A DNA stretch of 64,000 bases. Origin: the human T2T-CHM13v2.0 reference genome, Homo sapiens. Below the pieces are notes generated by a model. That model was not told where the DNA came from, made no database searches, and saw nothing but the letters and a program-made list of their open reading frames with translations. Positions 44,177 through 58,580 of this stretch are shown here, piece by piece; the stretch's first letter is position 1, and every line of letters starts with the position of its first letter. The stretch lies in assembly GCF_009914755.1 (NCBI RefSeq), contig NC_060926.1; one strand, 5' to 3'. Both the position numbers and the translations under genes were made by a program.

Positions 44177-44979
44177 GGAGGTATCTTTGAAATTCACATG
44201 CATAGAGACCAACAGCACTAGGTTGAGACAAGCACTATTCATGTTTCTGATAAACTCCAGCAGTGTTTTATAACATCGTAATTTTCAGTAACTATTGTTA
44301 TATACCATTTTTCATCTACGAAGCTGCCTCCAAGTTGTAACTGACTTCATTTAGCCATTGTGCCTTTTCTATGTGAAGTAAATACATACAATACAAATTT
44401 CCCTCTTCTCCAAGTCACCCCAGATTTGAAACCGGAGGGAAGAAGTGATCGCATTTAACATAAGTGGTTGTTTCAACAGCTGATATATAGTTACACATTT
44501 TTAAGGGCAGATAGTTCCATCTACTTCCATATGTGAGTGTTCTCTTTTAACCAAATTTATTGTTTGGTTACAATAATATCATTTACCATTATTTCAAAAT
44601 TATGGATGGATTGTAACAAACAGCAGATTGTAATGAGCTCACATAAATAATTGTTAGGTATTGCATTAATTAAATGTTGCAGAATTCTTTTCTTTTTGTG
44701 TGTGTGCCTGCCTCATTGTGCCAAGAGATGGTATCTACTGTTTATTAAGCAACAGTAAATGCAAAGAAGTGATGGTGATAAATGGTTTTATAGAAATTCT
44801 CAATATTGTACTGTCACTTGTATGTGACTCGTGAGTTTGCATGAATAATGAATATGGTGAAATGGGATTTGTTACCCACATTTTAATTAAACGTAAGATG
44901 AAAGACCACAGAGAAGGAAATATTCAGTAGGGGTATGATTTATGTGAATTATCAGCCCTTTATATGGTGGGATTTGAGA

Positions 44980-45200
44980 AGCAGTGTGGTCTGCTTACTT
45001 TCATTTTGCTGTTTGGCCTGTGTCAGTGTGAAGCTCAATATCGCTGAAGCTGTTTTATCAATGGCAAGTTAATTAACCTCTCTGAAACAGTTTCCAAAGA
45101 TTCAACAATAAAAATAAAGCAATAGCCTCCTGGAGTTGTTGTCAGGATTACATAAAATAATGTGTCCAAGATACCTATGACAGTATAGTAGGTGTCAAAA
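44980..45200 (+). mobile_element. MIR
   Basis: ggcaagttaattaacctctctgaaacagtttcc...gttgttgtcaggattacataaaataatg. Confidence 0.6.
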
Positions 45201-48200
45201 AAGGTGAGTTGGATTTCATTAGAAGGCTGATCCCAGGGGTGTTCTTTGTATGAGGTAATTTGTCTCTTCTACAAATTACAATGTACTTGAAAGGCCATCA
45301 TTAAGTCTTGTCTCCTTTTTGGGTCTTTAAGTCATTTTAATTCAAAAAGTACCCTAAAGAGTTCCCCTAAAATGTGGGGAAGTACACGCATTAATAAACC
45401 AGTGGTGATGGTATAAATTAAAATATATTTTCTAGAATAAATTAAAATATATTTCTAAAATATATTTTCTAAAATTATACCCAAAAATGATTTGGGTATA
45501 AATATATTTAGTATATATTACATGAAAAAGTATATTTTAAAATATTTATTATAGGACATAACAAGACATGTTGATAAGGATTTAGGCATAAATACGGTAA
45601 CCACTGCATTGTTTGTAATGTAAACATGTAGGAATAGCTGAATATCCAACTATAGGGGAAGAGTTAAATACATTTCAGTAGTTCATTTAGCAGCCATGCG
45701 CTCTCTAGCCCCATGCCTTTCTTCACACTTAGAGCCAAAGCTGAGAGAGAAGGAATGTAGGAAACCACGCCTGCCTTTGACTGGACCAAGCAGAAACCAC
45801 AAATCAAGGTGTTAAGCACACAGGAAGAACATCTTTGTAATAGTTATTGGGTTATTCTCAAGATTACTGCCTCTACTGGAGAGCTTCAGAAGCAGTGGAG
45901 ACCTACACGTGTATCTACATCTATGTCTATGTCTATGTCAATATCGAGAGAGAGAGAGAGATGATGAAAAGACAGTTATGTATAAATTGATATATAAAAG
46001 CTTCCCTCAGATTTTATATTTATAAAACTATTTTGAAAGTTTTATTTATAAACTTTTTCCCAGTGTGTCTAAGATAAAACTGCTCTGAACTTTAAGACAG
46101 ATTCCATATTGAGATATTATTTATTGATGCTTTGCAGACAACAGAGAAGACCTATGAGGTAGGCTACTGTAAAGACATCAATCTATACACTGTTGATTCC
46201 ACAGGTGTAATTATTGCTCCAAAGCTGCTACTAACTGCCCATGTACACAGAAAACATATCTGAGCTCCACACTGGTGAGAATCGTGCCATAGCCAGTTAA
46301 AATTATACTTTGTCCTGATGATTTGTTCTGAGTAATAGATATTTCTACCTAAATGTAAGATTAGAAATGGAAATAAAGGAGGGGTAGAATCAGTTATTTA
46401 GAAGTTGTTTTCTCCTCTGTTATTTTCATTTACTTATCAATTTTAAATATATAAGGCATTTAAGGCACTAAAGCCATCAGTACCTTTCTGAGAATGAGTT
46501 TCAGAAATTCAGCTTTATAACAGCTATAAATAAACCTGTTCTGGGCAAATAAATTTTATTATGGCAACTAAATAGTGCTTCGGTGTTAATTTATATTTCC
46601 AAATTGATTCTCCCAATTCAGTATACTTATAACTAATTTGTCCTGCAGAAAGGTTATTTTTAATGTCTGTTTTGTATTATTCATGTAAATTTTCTATATT
46701 AATGTATACATTCATAAATACAAAAATACTCATATGACAAAATATTATACAAACATATTAAACTGCACACAATAAGTGAAAATAACAGGATTAATGATTT
46801 AAGGGTAATATGTAAACTGTATAAAATACATCATGCATATACTGAGAAATGTTACAAGTAAACACACAAAAATAATAGCTATTGCCTTTATGAAGAAATT
46901 ATGTTTTTTAAAATGTTTATATCAATACTTTTTTTCATTTTTCATAATTTTGATAGTGAGTATATGGTAGTAAAAGCCAAATAAAATACAAGTACTTTCC
47001 TTTAGTTGTGTCGTGAGAATTAAGTATGATTTTTCATGTGACAATACCCATGATAGCACAATGCTCAATGAATGATGGGGCTCAATGAATGCTCCTTTTC
47101 TCAGATTATATTTGAAGAAAATCAGGATCATTTCTTTCTTCAACATATCTTTTCCACAGTCTTTCATAGTTCTTGAATTTTCACCATTGTGAATTTTCCT
47201 GTTTGAGTCTTGAAGTTTTTAAATGATGAGCAATCCTATAGCAATTCAATTTATCCTGGGATGAATCCAGGATAGGAAAGAATCTCCAGCAACTTCTAGT
47301 TGATTCCTTGGCATCAAGAATGAGTTCCCCATCAGCTGAGGAAGAGTCTGACCAGACTTCCTTTCCCACGGCTGTCAAGTCAGTGTTTAAAGATTACCCC
47401 TCCCCTAAGGGTACTCCTGAAACTGGCCTAAACAGTCCAAATTATCACCAAGAGAGAGCTTTCTTTGACTTAAATGGTTATCTCCTGCTAAAATGTAATT
47501 ATTCTTCTAAAGTTCTCATGAACTTATTATAGGTCAGATGCACTTAAGTGCAAATGAATTGTGGCAGAGTAAAACTGGCCTGAAATGTTGTTGGGCCTTC
47601 GCCAGGGAGGGCATTAGAAACTGGACACATTTCATTCCCCTTGGATTTCCTTCATATGCTGAAGTTGGAAAAGAGGCGTATTAACTTTAGAATAACTACT
47701 GTAATTTAAAATTACTACTCCACTTATACTTTCTGTAATCATCATGACAAGACTTCAGGGCAACTATTATTATTATTATCATTACTATTGTGAGTTTTTA
47801 TATTGTTATACTACCATCACAGAGACTGAGACATCAAGAGTTTGGAAAACTTATCCAAGTATTAAGTTCACATCTCCTGTTGCTTAAACTCCCAGGTCCT
47901 CTAGGGGCAGAAGAGAAAATAGATAAAAGCAGTCATTCCTAGAACAGTTGCTGTTCTCCAGGATTCTCAATGTTGGCTACATCTTGCATGTGCAGCCCAA
48001 GAAGGTGCATGGGGAGAGTCCCTTGCTAACTCACACTCTCTAGGATGTCAGCTGCACACATCACACGCTTCTTTCATTGTTAAAATATGTGTAGGTCTCT
48101 CCTGGCTCCAGGCTCCTTCTTTATTTCTACACTAGTCAGAAAGTGTCCTGACATTGATCAAGAGCATTTATCATGATAGAAGTTTCCAATGAGAATTTGG

Positions 48201-49296
48201 AAAAAAAAATTAAAAGTGACTTTTGTTTGACCTTCTCCCTTCTCTGTGCTGATATTTTTGGATGACAAGTGGGGAAGATGGTTTTTATTTTTCAAGCTAA
48301 AATTCAAGGGTTTAAGTGGATCTCTGCACATGTAGTACATTGTTATCATACATACCTACATAATGTTTACATAATGTCTACATAACATCTACATACATAT
48401 CTCCATAATGTTTTTGCCTGTGTGTGTGTCTTTATAGCTCTTGGTTTCTTTGTCTATTGCTGTATCTCTCTATGCTTTATTCTTTCTAGTATTTGCCTAT
48501 CTAAGTCTATTATAAGAGGTGAACTGTTGTAGTGAAAGGCAGACTCTGAAGCCAAAATTTCTGAATTTGAGTCCCAGATCCATGACTTCTATGCTGTGTG
48601 CTTAAAATAGTCTCTGTAACATCACTGTTAGGTGATAGCTATTGTCATTATTATTAATCATTATTATTAATATTTGTATCTACCTAAGCCAGTAGGTGTG
48701 ACTCGCCAGAATTCTTATTTTTTTTTAATAAATACATCTCTGCTTATACCTATTGTGGAACAGGGGCCACTGTCACTCATGTGAAAATCAGTTAGGCCTG
48801 TGATTTGATTTAACCTAGCTGCAGAAAAACAGAGGCAGCAGATTTGAATAGACTTTGTTTCCTTCCCTCAGTTGTATCTTATTAGTATGTCACATACTTC
48901 AATTTCAACTGTTCTGAAAGTCAGCTACCTATCTATGAGCAATCTTTCAGAGCTACTCTATGTAAATATCATATATATGAAGTACCATATCTCTTAAGTT
49001 GGATTTCCCAAACACTTTCTCCACGTTGGTGGGGAATGATTCTTTGAATGGCTGACTGCTGACCACCCACAGGGGTCTGTTCCAGGCTGCCATGAAGTGC
49101 ATGTAACCCATGCTACTTAGTAAGTCACATGATGATTGCTTTACTTTATTCATTCAACAAACAAATTAAATGCTAACAAAAAGAAGATTAAATTATAAGT
49201 TAAAATGTTTACTAACATAAAACAATACCCCAAATGAGGTGATACAAAAGTAGTCAAAACAAAACAAAAAGAGAACTTTCTTCCTGTTCTAAATTA

Positions 49297-49654
49297 TAGT
49301 TGACCCTTAACAACATGGGAATTAGGGGTGCCAACCCTCCTTGAGGTCCAAAATCCACATTAACTTTTGATTCCCCTAAAACATAACTATGTATAGCCTA
49401 CTGTTGACCAGAAGCCTTACCAATAACATCAACAGTCAGTTGACACATGTAAGACTAGTATCTATTTATATTGTATGCATTCATGACATAGCTAATGTTT
49501 TCTTAATTTTTCAATATTTCTAGGCTATGTGGTTTGTCTAAGAGTTTTTCTTCAAATTGCTGCAAATCTCAAAAAAATTCAACCATATTTATTGAAAAAA
49601 GTATGTTTAAGTGGACCTGTACAGTTCAAAACCATGTTGTTCAAGGGTTAACTG
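49297..49654 (+). mobile_element. Tigger2/MER28-family non-autonomous DNA transposon
   Basis: TIRs tagttgacccttaacaaca and tgttgttcaagggttaactg with TA on both flanks. Confidence 0.9.
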
Positions 49655-49841
49655 TAATCTCTGCTCAGTCCAACATTATTTACCAGCACCAACACATTTA
49701 GGTGATAGTTTTCTTTTATATTTTAAACACTATCCACTGATGTGAAACTTGTCCCTTCTTTCTTTGTAAATGTTTATTTCTATTAAATATAGAAACAAGA
49801 ATTTATATAACACATAGCATTAATAATAATAGTAACACCCA

Positions 49842-50414
49842 TGTGGCTGCATAAATTTTATTGCTGCATAACAAACTACCCCAATACCTAGCACCAAGAA
49901 ACAATCACATTATGCTGATGACTCTATGAGCAGGAATTTGGGCCTGATATAATGGGGATAGCTTGTCTTTGTGTGCCAATGTCTGGAGCTTCCTCTGGGA
50001 AGATTCAAAGCTTGGGAGTAACATAGCTTTGGTCTGAACTCAGAAGAATAATCAGTAATTTTAAAGACTGGTGCCTGGGCTGGGAGGACTCAAAGACTAT
50101 AATTGCTGAGTGGAGCACCTACAGAGGGTTTGGCTTCCAGACCTCCCAGCAGCCTCTAGGTCATCACACTTTTTGCACACAGCAGCTCAGAGGTCCCACA
50201 AGCTCTGTAGTGAACAGGGGAGAAGCTGCAGCTCATTTTCTGACCTCATCTTGGAGGTTTCAAAAAAAATGCTATTGGTTGAAGCAGTCCCAAGTCTACC
50301 AAGTTTTAAGTGTAGGGGATCCATAACTCACTTTTTAATATGAGGAGTGAAAAAGTAAGAAGAGCTTGTTGGTTGGGAGATATTGTTGCAGACGTCTTAG
50401 TAAAATACCCACCA
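49842..50414 (-). mobile_element. MLT1 (F-H-like) LTR
   Basis: tattgctgcataacaaactacccc...caggaatttggg...tttctgacctcatcttggagg. Confidence 0.75.
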
Positions 50415-50590
50415 TCCAGCTCACAAAACAGAGAAAGATCAGTCTGTCTGAATTATTCCATGATTAATTTCTCTTCCCTTCCAAAGAGGTAACAACTTTT
50501 TCTGTGAATCTCCCCTTAGCTGTTTTTTAATCTCCAAATAATGTATTATTTTGCTTTTTCATTTATTAATCTGTGTTAACTTTGTTAAAA

Positions 50591-51100
50591 TGGTGGACGG
50601 TAGTTTTAAACATGCCTGCAAATTCTGTTTTGCATGAAAAAAAAGAGTTGGAGTCAAACCCTTGTTCCGTGAATATGAGCTGGTTTACAGACCTGCTTCC
50701 AATAAATTGAATGTGGAAGAAATGGACAGTGTGATTTCTAAGGCTAGTTCATAAAAGGTGATGAAACTTCCACCTATCTTTCTTGGAACATATGTTTTTG
50801 ATGCCCAGAACTGTCATCTAAGAAGTCCAGCTATCCTGCAACCACTGTGCTAAAGACGTCATGTAGAGAAACCACATAAAGATGGCTGAGATGACCAGCT
50901 ATACAGCTCTCGGCCATTTGAGTCTTTTAAGCCCAGATATCAGTCACGTGAGTAAGAGAGCTGTGGAGTTACTCAAGATCTAGTCATTGTTATAACTGCA
51001 ACCTTATGAGAGCCCCTGGGCAAGAACCACTGAGCTAAGCCCAGGCAACCGTCAGTACTGTGAGGGATAATAGTGGTAAATAATTGTTATTTTATTAGTT
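50591..51100 (+). mobile_element. MLT1G-like LTR
   Basis: gtgtgatttctaaggctagttcataaaagg...gaaccactgagctaagccc...taaataattgttatttt. Confidence 0.7.
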
Positions 51101-51140
51101 CATGTTTGGTCAAAATTCCTCCACAAAAACATTGGATCTG

Positions 51141-51142
<2 letters not shown>

Positions 51143-51181
<39 letters not shown>
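51143..51181. repeat. Perfect (AC)19 microsatellite
   Basis: Seen directly. Confidence 0.97.
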
Positions 51182-51183
<2 letters not shown>

Positions 51184-51199
51184 ATAATATATATAGGAG

Positions 51200-52660
51200 T
51201 AGATTTTTAAACTATTTTTTAAATTAACTCCATGTTAATTGGGCTTTTTAATTTTCTGTCTGTACTGGGGTAAATTTTTCAAGTTTTTTTTCTACACATT
51301 TCTCCATTTCATCTAGTTTTTCAAATGTATTTGGACAAATTTTTCTAAATTTGTATTTTCTTTGTCTTTTATAATTTTATTGGTATTTTCCTTTTACTTG
51401 ATTGTGTAGCTAATGATTTTCACACATATTTAAAGAGCTTTGCTTACATTTATTTATGGATTATATTTTTTAATCTCTCAAATTAATATTTATTTACATA
51501 TTTATAATTTCCTTTCTTCTTATCTCATTTGCTTTACTCTTTCATTATTGTCTGAATTTTTAGGGTTTCATACACTTATTTTTACTCCTATTGATATAGC
51601 CATATAGTGCTAAAATATTGGAGCTAGAGATAGGTATGTCACTATGGCATAGATTTCTTACTGTGTTTTCATTTTCAAACTTTAAACATTATGAATATTC
51701 AGTCTGTGTTTCACTTTATTTACAGATGTCTAATAGTATGTTATATTATTTCCAGATTTATTATCTTCTAAAAAATAGAATGTTGTAGCACATTGTCCTG
51801 TGGTCAGTCAAGAGTAATATTTTCTGGTATACTACATTTTAATAGTCAGATAATTCTATCCGCATTACTTTTATTCTTTGGAATTTATAGCAGTATTCTT
51901 TCATGCTATCATCAATTTTCATTAATATTTCTTGTGTATTTGAAAGAAGGTATATTCTTTATAATTTGGGGTACAGATTTTGATGTATGTCTAAAAGATT
52001 CTTTTTTATTTCTGTTCCTATGTCTTCGATATCTTTAGTGATTTTATTTGCTGTTATTGAATGCCCTGAATTTAATTAAGGTAAGTTTATTAAAGTCTAT
52101 TATTAATATGCTTTTATATATTTATTTTTACATCTTCTGTAATTTCTGCATTATGAAAATTATTTCTCCATCTTTGAACAAATAAATATTTAATATTTTC
52201 ATTGTGATACTTTAACATTCCAAAAGGTCCTGTCTCTGATAACTCTTTTAGTCTCAATCTTCTTCATAGATCATGACGGAGAAACTACTTTCCTTTTGTT
52301 TTCTATGCCTCATATACCATTTTTTTAACCATTCTGTCTCTTTCCTTTATGTGTATTTCCTGCACAGTGTTTGATTTTACTTTCTAAGCAAATCTGAAAA
52401 TGTTATTTTCAGTTGGTGAGTTTGACCCATTTACATTTATTAGTGTGATTAATATGCTTGCCTTCAGGTTTTTTAAATGTTTTCATGTTACAGTCTCTAT
52501 ATGAATATATGTATACACAATAATAAACCTAGACACTCACACACAGACACACACAAAATACACACATATATTATATATATTATTTCACTATGTAATCTAC
52601 GTGGTTTACCTTTGTTCATTTTTGGTTTTTATTTCTATATTTAGGAAGCTATTGTATCTA
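51200..52660 (-). mobile_element. Highly decayed L1M ORF2 region
   Basis: T-rich; ccatttcatctagtttttcaaatgtatt; ggtgagtttgacccatttacatttatt. Confidence 0.55.
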
Positions 52661-52663
52661 GAT

Positions 52664-52944
52664 TTTTTTTTTTTTTTGAGACAGTGTCTCACTCTGTAAC
52701 CCAGAATGGAGTGCAGTGATGCAATCTCGGCCCACTGCAACCTTCAAGCAATTCTCCTGTCTCAGCCTCCCAAGTAGCTGGGACTACAGGTGCATGCCAC
52801 CACGCCTGGCTAATTTTTTGTATTTTCAGTAGAGGCGGTGTTTTACAATGTTAGCCAGGATGGCCTTGATCTCCTGACCTTGTGATCCACCCGCCTCAGC
52901 CTCCCAAAGTGCTGGGATTACAAGCGTGAGCCACTACACCCGGC
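52664..52944 (-). mobile_element. AluSc-like with a short internal deletion
   Basis: ttagccaggatggccttgatctcctgaccttgtgatcc; ctgcaaccttcaagc lacks ~12 nt; ctagat on both flanks. Confidence 0.9.
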
Positions 52945-53950
52945 TAGATGTTTTTTCATACATTATGTTCTTACAGATTTCATTTACACTAATATCCTTA
53001 TAACCCTCTTTCTCTATTTCACTAGACCAATAGATGCGGACTAGTGGTTTCCTATTATGAGTAATATTGAAATGAGCAATAATGAATGCTCCTTATTTTC
53101 CTCCCTTAGCATCCAATTAGAGACTACATTTCTCCTCCAGTTAATACCTATAAGCCAATTAGGGAGCTTATTCTACTTTCAAGAGTACAGAACATTTGCT
53201 TTTTATGAGTATTTGGTCATTCATATTTACCCAGTAAGTATTTTTTCTTTATTTCTTTGTTTTGAAATTAGTCCTCTCTTACACTTTCTCGCTTCTCTGA
53301 AGCCACTCAGAAGGGGAGACAGGTGGCAGGACGCACAAGGAATTTTGCCGCACTGGGTTGAAAAGCATCATGAAAGCATTTCAGGTTCTTTGGCAAGTGC
53401 CTCTGTTCCCTCCAAGGTAAATCGTGAAGAACACTAACAATCTCTATTAATGTTATTCAAATTGGTTTCAGTAGGCTGTGATTCCATATTATGTTAATTA
53501 GCTTGTTTTAAAATTTGTTTTCTAAATTAATCCCAAAAGCAGTGAGTTACGGAAGGATATATGAGAGCCTTTAAGACTCTGAGGAGTCTTAAATAGGCTA
53601 ATGTATGTAGTGAATCTCCAAGAGTAGGATTTTGCATCCAGTATACCACAACGTTATATGACTATGAATCCTCTTTCTCCAAAGTACTCACTAACCTCTT
53701 CCCAAAGTAGTGTTTTATGAACATGGATTTATAGAGGCTGGTCTCCATCAGGAGATTTAAGAGATGGCATGATAAAGCCACCTATTCTGTATTCCATCTG
53801 TGAAACAGCAGAACTCAGATATTCTATTGAGAGGAGGTAAATGATATTCTTTTCTGAACATTTATTTGTATCTTTTGATTTTTACTGGGGCTGAGTAACT
53901 TCTTGGAAAGTAAAATGTTCAAACCCTTTTAACCTTTTCTGTATAAATAT

Positions 53951-54400
53951 TGTCTCAATCAAGGTTTTGTGCTCCAAGTAAGAGAAACTGACTTTAATTG
54001 AGTTAAGCAAAACAAGAAATGTATTAAAAAGCCATTGTAACTCAAACACTGATGGTAGTCAGGAAGCTGCATTTGGTTAGCTAGCAGAAATCACAGAAGA
54101 CCTGGATGCTCAAGAACGTAACACAACATCCGGTTGTTACTAGAAGTTGTCTGGGCAGTATGCAGCCACCACTAAGCGAGCACCACTGCCCCTGCACATT
54201 CATACACCATGAGTTCTAACCAGCCTGTGTCTCACTTAACTCCTGATTCTACATCTCACGGAGGAGTGTTCGGTTGGCAAAGTCTATGCTGCTATCTGTC
54301 CTTTATCTTTGCTGGTAGAGCTAAGAAGAGAGATGGCTTGGCTCCTGGAGCCTTATGATGGTGGAGGATGCCTGGCTTTCACCAAGGATGTGGTTCTGTA
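53951..54400 (-). mobile_element. Old MLT1 (J-N-like) LTR remnant
   Basis: caagtaagagaaactgactttaattgagttaagcaaaacaagaaatgtatt. Confidence 0.45.
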
Positions 54401-54806
54401 TTTCCTCACAACTTTCTGTTTAAGCATTTGGATGCCAAACGAACAAACAAATATACAGTCAATTGTCCTCTGCAGATATATGCAACTATATCTGAAGGAT
54501 TTGGGGGATCTGACAAAGGCCTTATTATAAGAAAGGGCATGAAAACCCTCAGAGAAATTTTATTAAGGAATATTATCAAGTAAACCAAATGCTACAACTA
54601 TTCATGAACTTGGAGAGTACCATTGAGAATATTTGAGATGGAGGCTCCATGAGAAATTAGACTACATAGTTAAGTAGGTAGTAGTTCATAGTTATTGAGA
54701 TATGGATGTATGTATTAACACGTGTTAATATATCCATGTAGTTAATACATACATCCATATCCATTTTTCCACCCAAGGCTGTGAAATATAAAGAATAGTT
54801 TCTAGG

Positions 54807-55113
<307 letters not shown>

Positions 55114-55129
55114 ACAGTTTTTAGAAAAT

Positions 55130-56000
55130 GTATTCAGTCACTAATTCCCTCATTTATTTATTTACTTGTTAATCCAATTATTCAATCTGTGAATACTGTC
55201 AAGAAGATGAAAGACTATCTTTGAGGAGCTTGAAGGAGCTGACATGAAAGCACGTCATTATAACAAGATGATACATGAAAGGATGTATTGAACAAACATT
55301 TATTGAGCACTGTTTATGTGCTATGCATCTGGGGCATACCGATATTCAATACTTTGTGATGACTCTCAAAGAACCCCAGTTAATGATGGAAATAAATGCC
55401 TAAATAAGTGCAGTAATTACAGTCCTGTGTGGAAAGTGCAATAATAGGAATACAGACAATGTTAGCACAGAGATGATTTAATAGACTCTAATGCACATTA
55501 GAACAAGTACTTGGCAATTATTAAGTACACTGGATGAAAAATAGTAATAATATTTTCTAATTTGTCAGGTTAAAAATTTGCTGATTCTAATTTTCTTTTC
55601 CCAGCAAATTGTCCCTTTATTGAAAACATTATCTGGCTTAATTCCCCATATTATAAAACACTTTACCATTAAATAGCCTTTAGTCAGCAACCTGGGATAA
55701 CTTCAAGTTACCCTGGGAGAAGGAATTACATTCAGGAATTGCATTTGCGATTTGGTATTTATATTTGTGTTTAATGGAAAAGGAGGCAATGAAAGTATTT
55801 AAATAAATAATATGCTGTATTGTATTATTCTCAGTTTTCATATTGCCAAGTATAGAAATAAAAGCCCAATTTCTTCTCAGTCTCAATTTGCTCACCTTAT
55901 TCATGCACGGATTCATTTGTTTCTTCAATAAATACTTACTCTGTGTCAAGCCTATGCTGGACCCTGGTGTTACAAAGAAGAAAATAGCATAGACCTGGAT
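55130..56000 (-). mobile_element. L2 3'-end fragments
   Basis: ttgaacaaacatttattgagcac; cttcaataaatacttactctgtgtcaagcctatgctgg. Confidence 0.6.
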
Positions 56001-56077
56001 TTGAGGTTCTTAAAAATTACTGCAATATTAGGTGATTAAATACAATAAAAACAGTTTGTTTAAAGAATGAGCACATA

Positions 56078-56257
56078 GGGTTGGGTGTGGGGTTCACTCC
56101 GGCAATCCTAGCACTTTGGGAGGCAGGTGTGGGAGGATCACTTGAGCCCAGGAGTTGCAGGGTGCATCAAGCTATGATCATGCCACTGTACTCCAGCCTA
56201 GGTGACAGAGTGAAACTCAAACCCTATCTCAGCAACAACAGCAACAACAACAACAAC
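56078..56257 (+). mobile_element. Free Alu monomer (FAM/FRAM-like) with a (CAA)n tail
   Basis: Single monomer; TSD aatg(a/t)gcacatagg at 56066-56079 and 56258-56271. Confidence 0.85.
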
Positions 56258-56692
56258 AATGTGCACATAGGAAGCACAACTCTTCATGGAGGAGCCCATA
56301 TTTGTAAGTTTATAGCAATAGATCAGAACCATGATGACTTTTCATTGCAGAAGTCAGGAAAGGAAGAAGAACTTACAAAACTACAAGTAGGGGCAGTGTG
56401 TAAGGAGCAAGACAAATGCTTTTTTTAGTGAAACAATCACTTAACTGCATAAAATTATTTAAAAATAACAAACCAAACCAAAACAAAAGCAACACTTAGT
56501 CTCTGGAAATTTTCGTAAGGGCATACAGCAATTGAGACACAAATATTCAACAAAATCTACTAAATCTTTGTAAGAACAGTGAGTCTGTGTAACAAATTGC
56601 CTCCCAAGTCAGTGTGACAAAGCTCTATTCTGGGTAAGTGTGGCTAAAGACTCCAGGTTCCCACTCTTACCAGCTGCTGGTCTAGAGCTACA

Positions 56693-56851
56693 GTGGCAAG
56701 TGACTGTTGTCCCAGCTACTGTGGAGTCTGAGGCAGGAGAATCACTTGAGCCCAGGACTTAGAGGCTTCTGTGAGCTATGATTATGCCACTGCACTCCAG
56801 CCTGGGTGATAGAGGAAGACCTTGTCTCTAGTAAAACAAATCAAAATAAAA
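56693..56851 (+). mobile_element. 5'-truncated Alu right monomer (FRAM/AluJ)
   Basis: Perfect TSD tagagctaca at 56683-56692 and 56852-56861. Confidence 0.88.
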
Positions 56852-56979
56852 TAGAGCTACAAATTGAACCCAAGAAGAGCTAGCACCAGCTTCCCTCACC
56901 CCACCCCAGCTCTGTCCTGAAAATTCTCTATTATTTGAGGCTGCTTTGGCCAAAAGTACTGAGATTCCCACACAATTGT

Positions 56980-58580
56980 AGAATGGCAATGATAACTAAA
57001 TTAATATAGACTGAAAATATTCCTTATCAAAATTCCAGCTTCCATTTTATACAGAAATTGACAAGCTGATCCTAAAATTCATTTGGAAATACAAGGGATG
57101 AAAAATAGACAAAACAATCCAGAAAAGGAAAAACAAAGTTGGGGGACTCACACTTCTTGATTTCAAAACTTTCTACAAAGCTACAATAATCAAAACAGTA
57201 CAGTGCTGGTACAAGGATAGGTCTATAGATCAATGGAATAGAAATCAAAGTCCAGGAATAAATTCATACAATCTGTGGTTGATTGATTTTCTACCAAGTG
57301 CCAAGACTATTCAATGTGGGTATAAATAATAGTTTCATCAAATGATACTGGGACAACTCAATATCCATATAAAAAGGAAATAAGTTAGACCCCTTCCTCA
57401 CATCATGCCCAAAAATTAACTCAAAATACATGATAAGCCAAAATGTAAAATCCCAAAATATAAAACAGTCAGAAGAAAATGTAGAAGTACATCCTCAGTA
57501 TATTGGGTTAACATTATTTTTAGATATGACCGAAAATAATCCAAAACAACAGAAGAAAAAAATAGATAAATTGGATTACATCAACATCAACATGTTTGCT
57601 GCATCAACCAATACCATCAAGGATGTGTGTAAAGGATACTAACAGAATGTCAGAAAATATTTGCAAATCATGTATCTGAAAAGAGAATTATATCCAGGCT
57701 ATATGAAAATATCTTAGGACTCAATAACAAATGATAAATAAGCCAAGTAAAAATAAAAATTTTTCTAAAGAAGATACACAAATGTCCCATAAGCACATAA
57801 AGAATGCTCAACATCATTTGTCATTAGAGAATAAGTTAAAATCACAATGATATACCACTTCACTCATACTAGAGTGATTATAATAAAAGACAGATATTAG
57901 CAAGTGTTGGCAAGTCTGTGAAACTCTCATACATAGCTTCTGGAAGTGTAAAATGATATAGTCATTTTAGAAAATCCTTTGTCAGTTCTTTAAAATGTTA
58001 GATATTGAATTAGTACATGACCCGATAATTCTAGTCCTAGGTATATATCCAAGAGAAATGAAAATGTATATCCACCTGCAAACTTGTATATGGATGCTCA
58101 CAGAAATTATTCATAGTAAAAGTGAAAGCAACCTAAGTCTTCATAAACTAATGGTTGGATGGACAAAATTTGGTATATCCATAAAATAGAATATTATTGG
58201 GTAACAAAAAGGAATGAAGTATTGATACATGTTACAACATGAATGAACCTTGAAAACATTATCCGAATTGAAAGAAGCCAGTTACCCAAAGAAAATGAAT
58301 GTTATGTAATTCTGTTTATATGAAATAAGAAGAGCAAATCTGTAGAGAAAGAAAATAGATTAGTGGTTATCAGGAGATAGGGGGACAATAGGGGGCATGG
58401 GGACGTGACTGCTAATGAGTAAGCATATTATTTTTGATGTTATTCTAAAATTAGTTGATGATGATGGTCCCACAACTCCGTGTAAATATTAAAAACCTTT
58501 GCATTGCACAGTTTAAGTAGGTGAATTGTATGACATGTGAATTATAACTTAATAAAGCTGTTTAAGGAAAAAAAAAAAAA
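56980..58580 (+). mobile_element. L1MB-like ORF2 C-terminus, 3' UTR and poly-A
   Basis: acagaaattgacaagctgatcctaaaattc...aataaagctgtttaagg followed by A(n). Confidence 0.88.
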
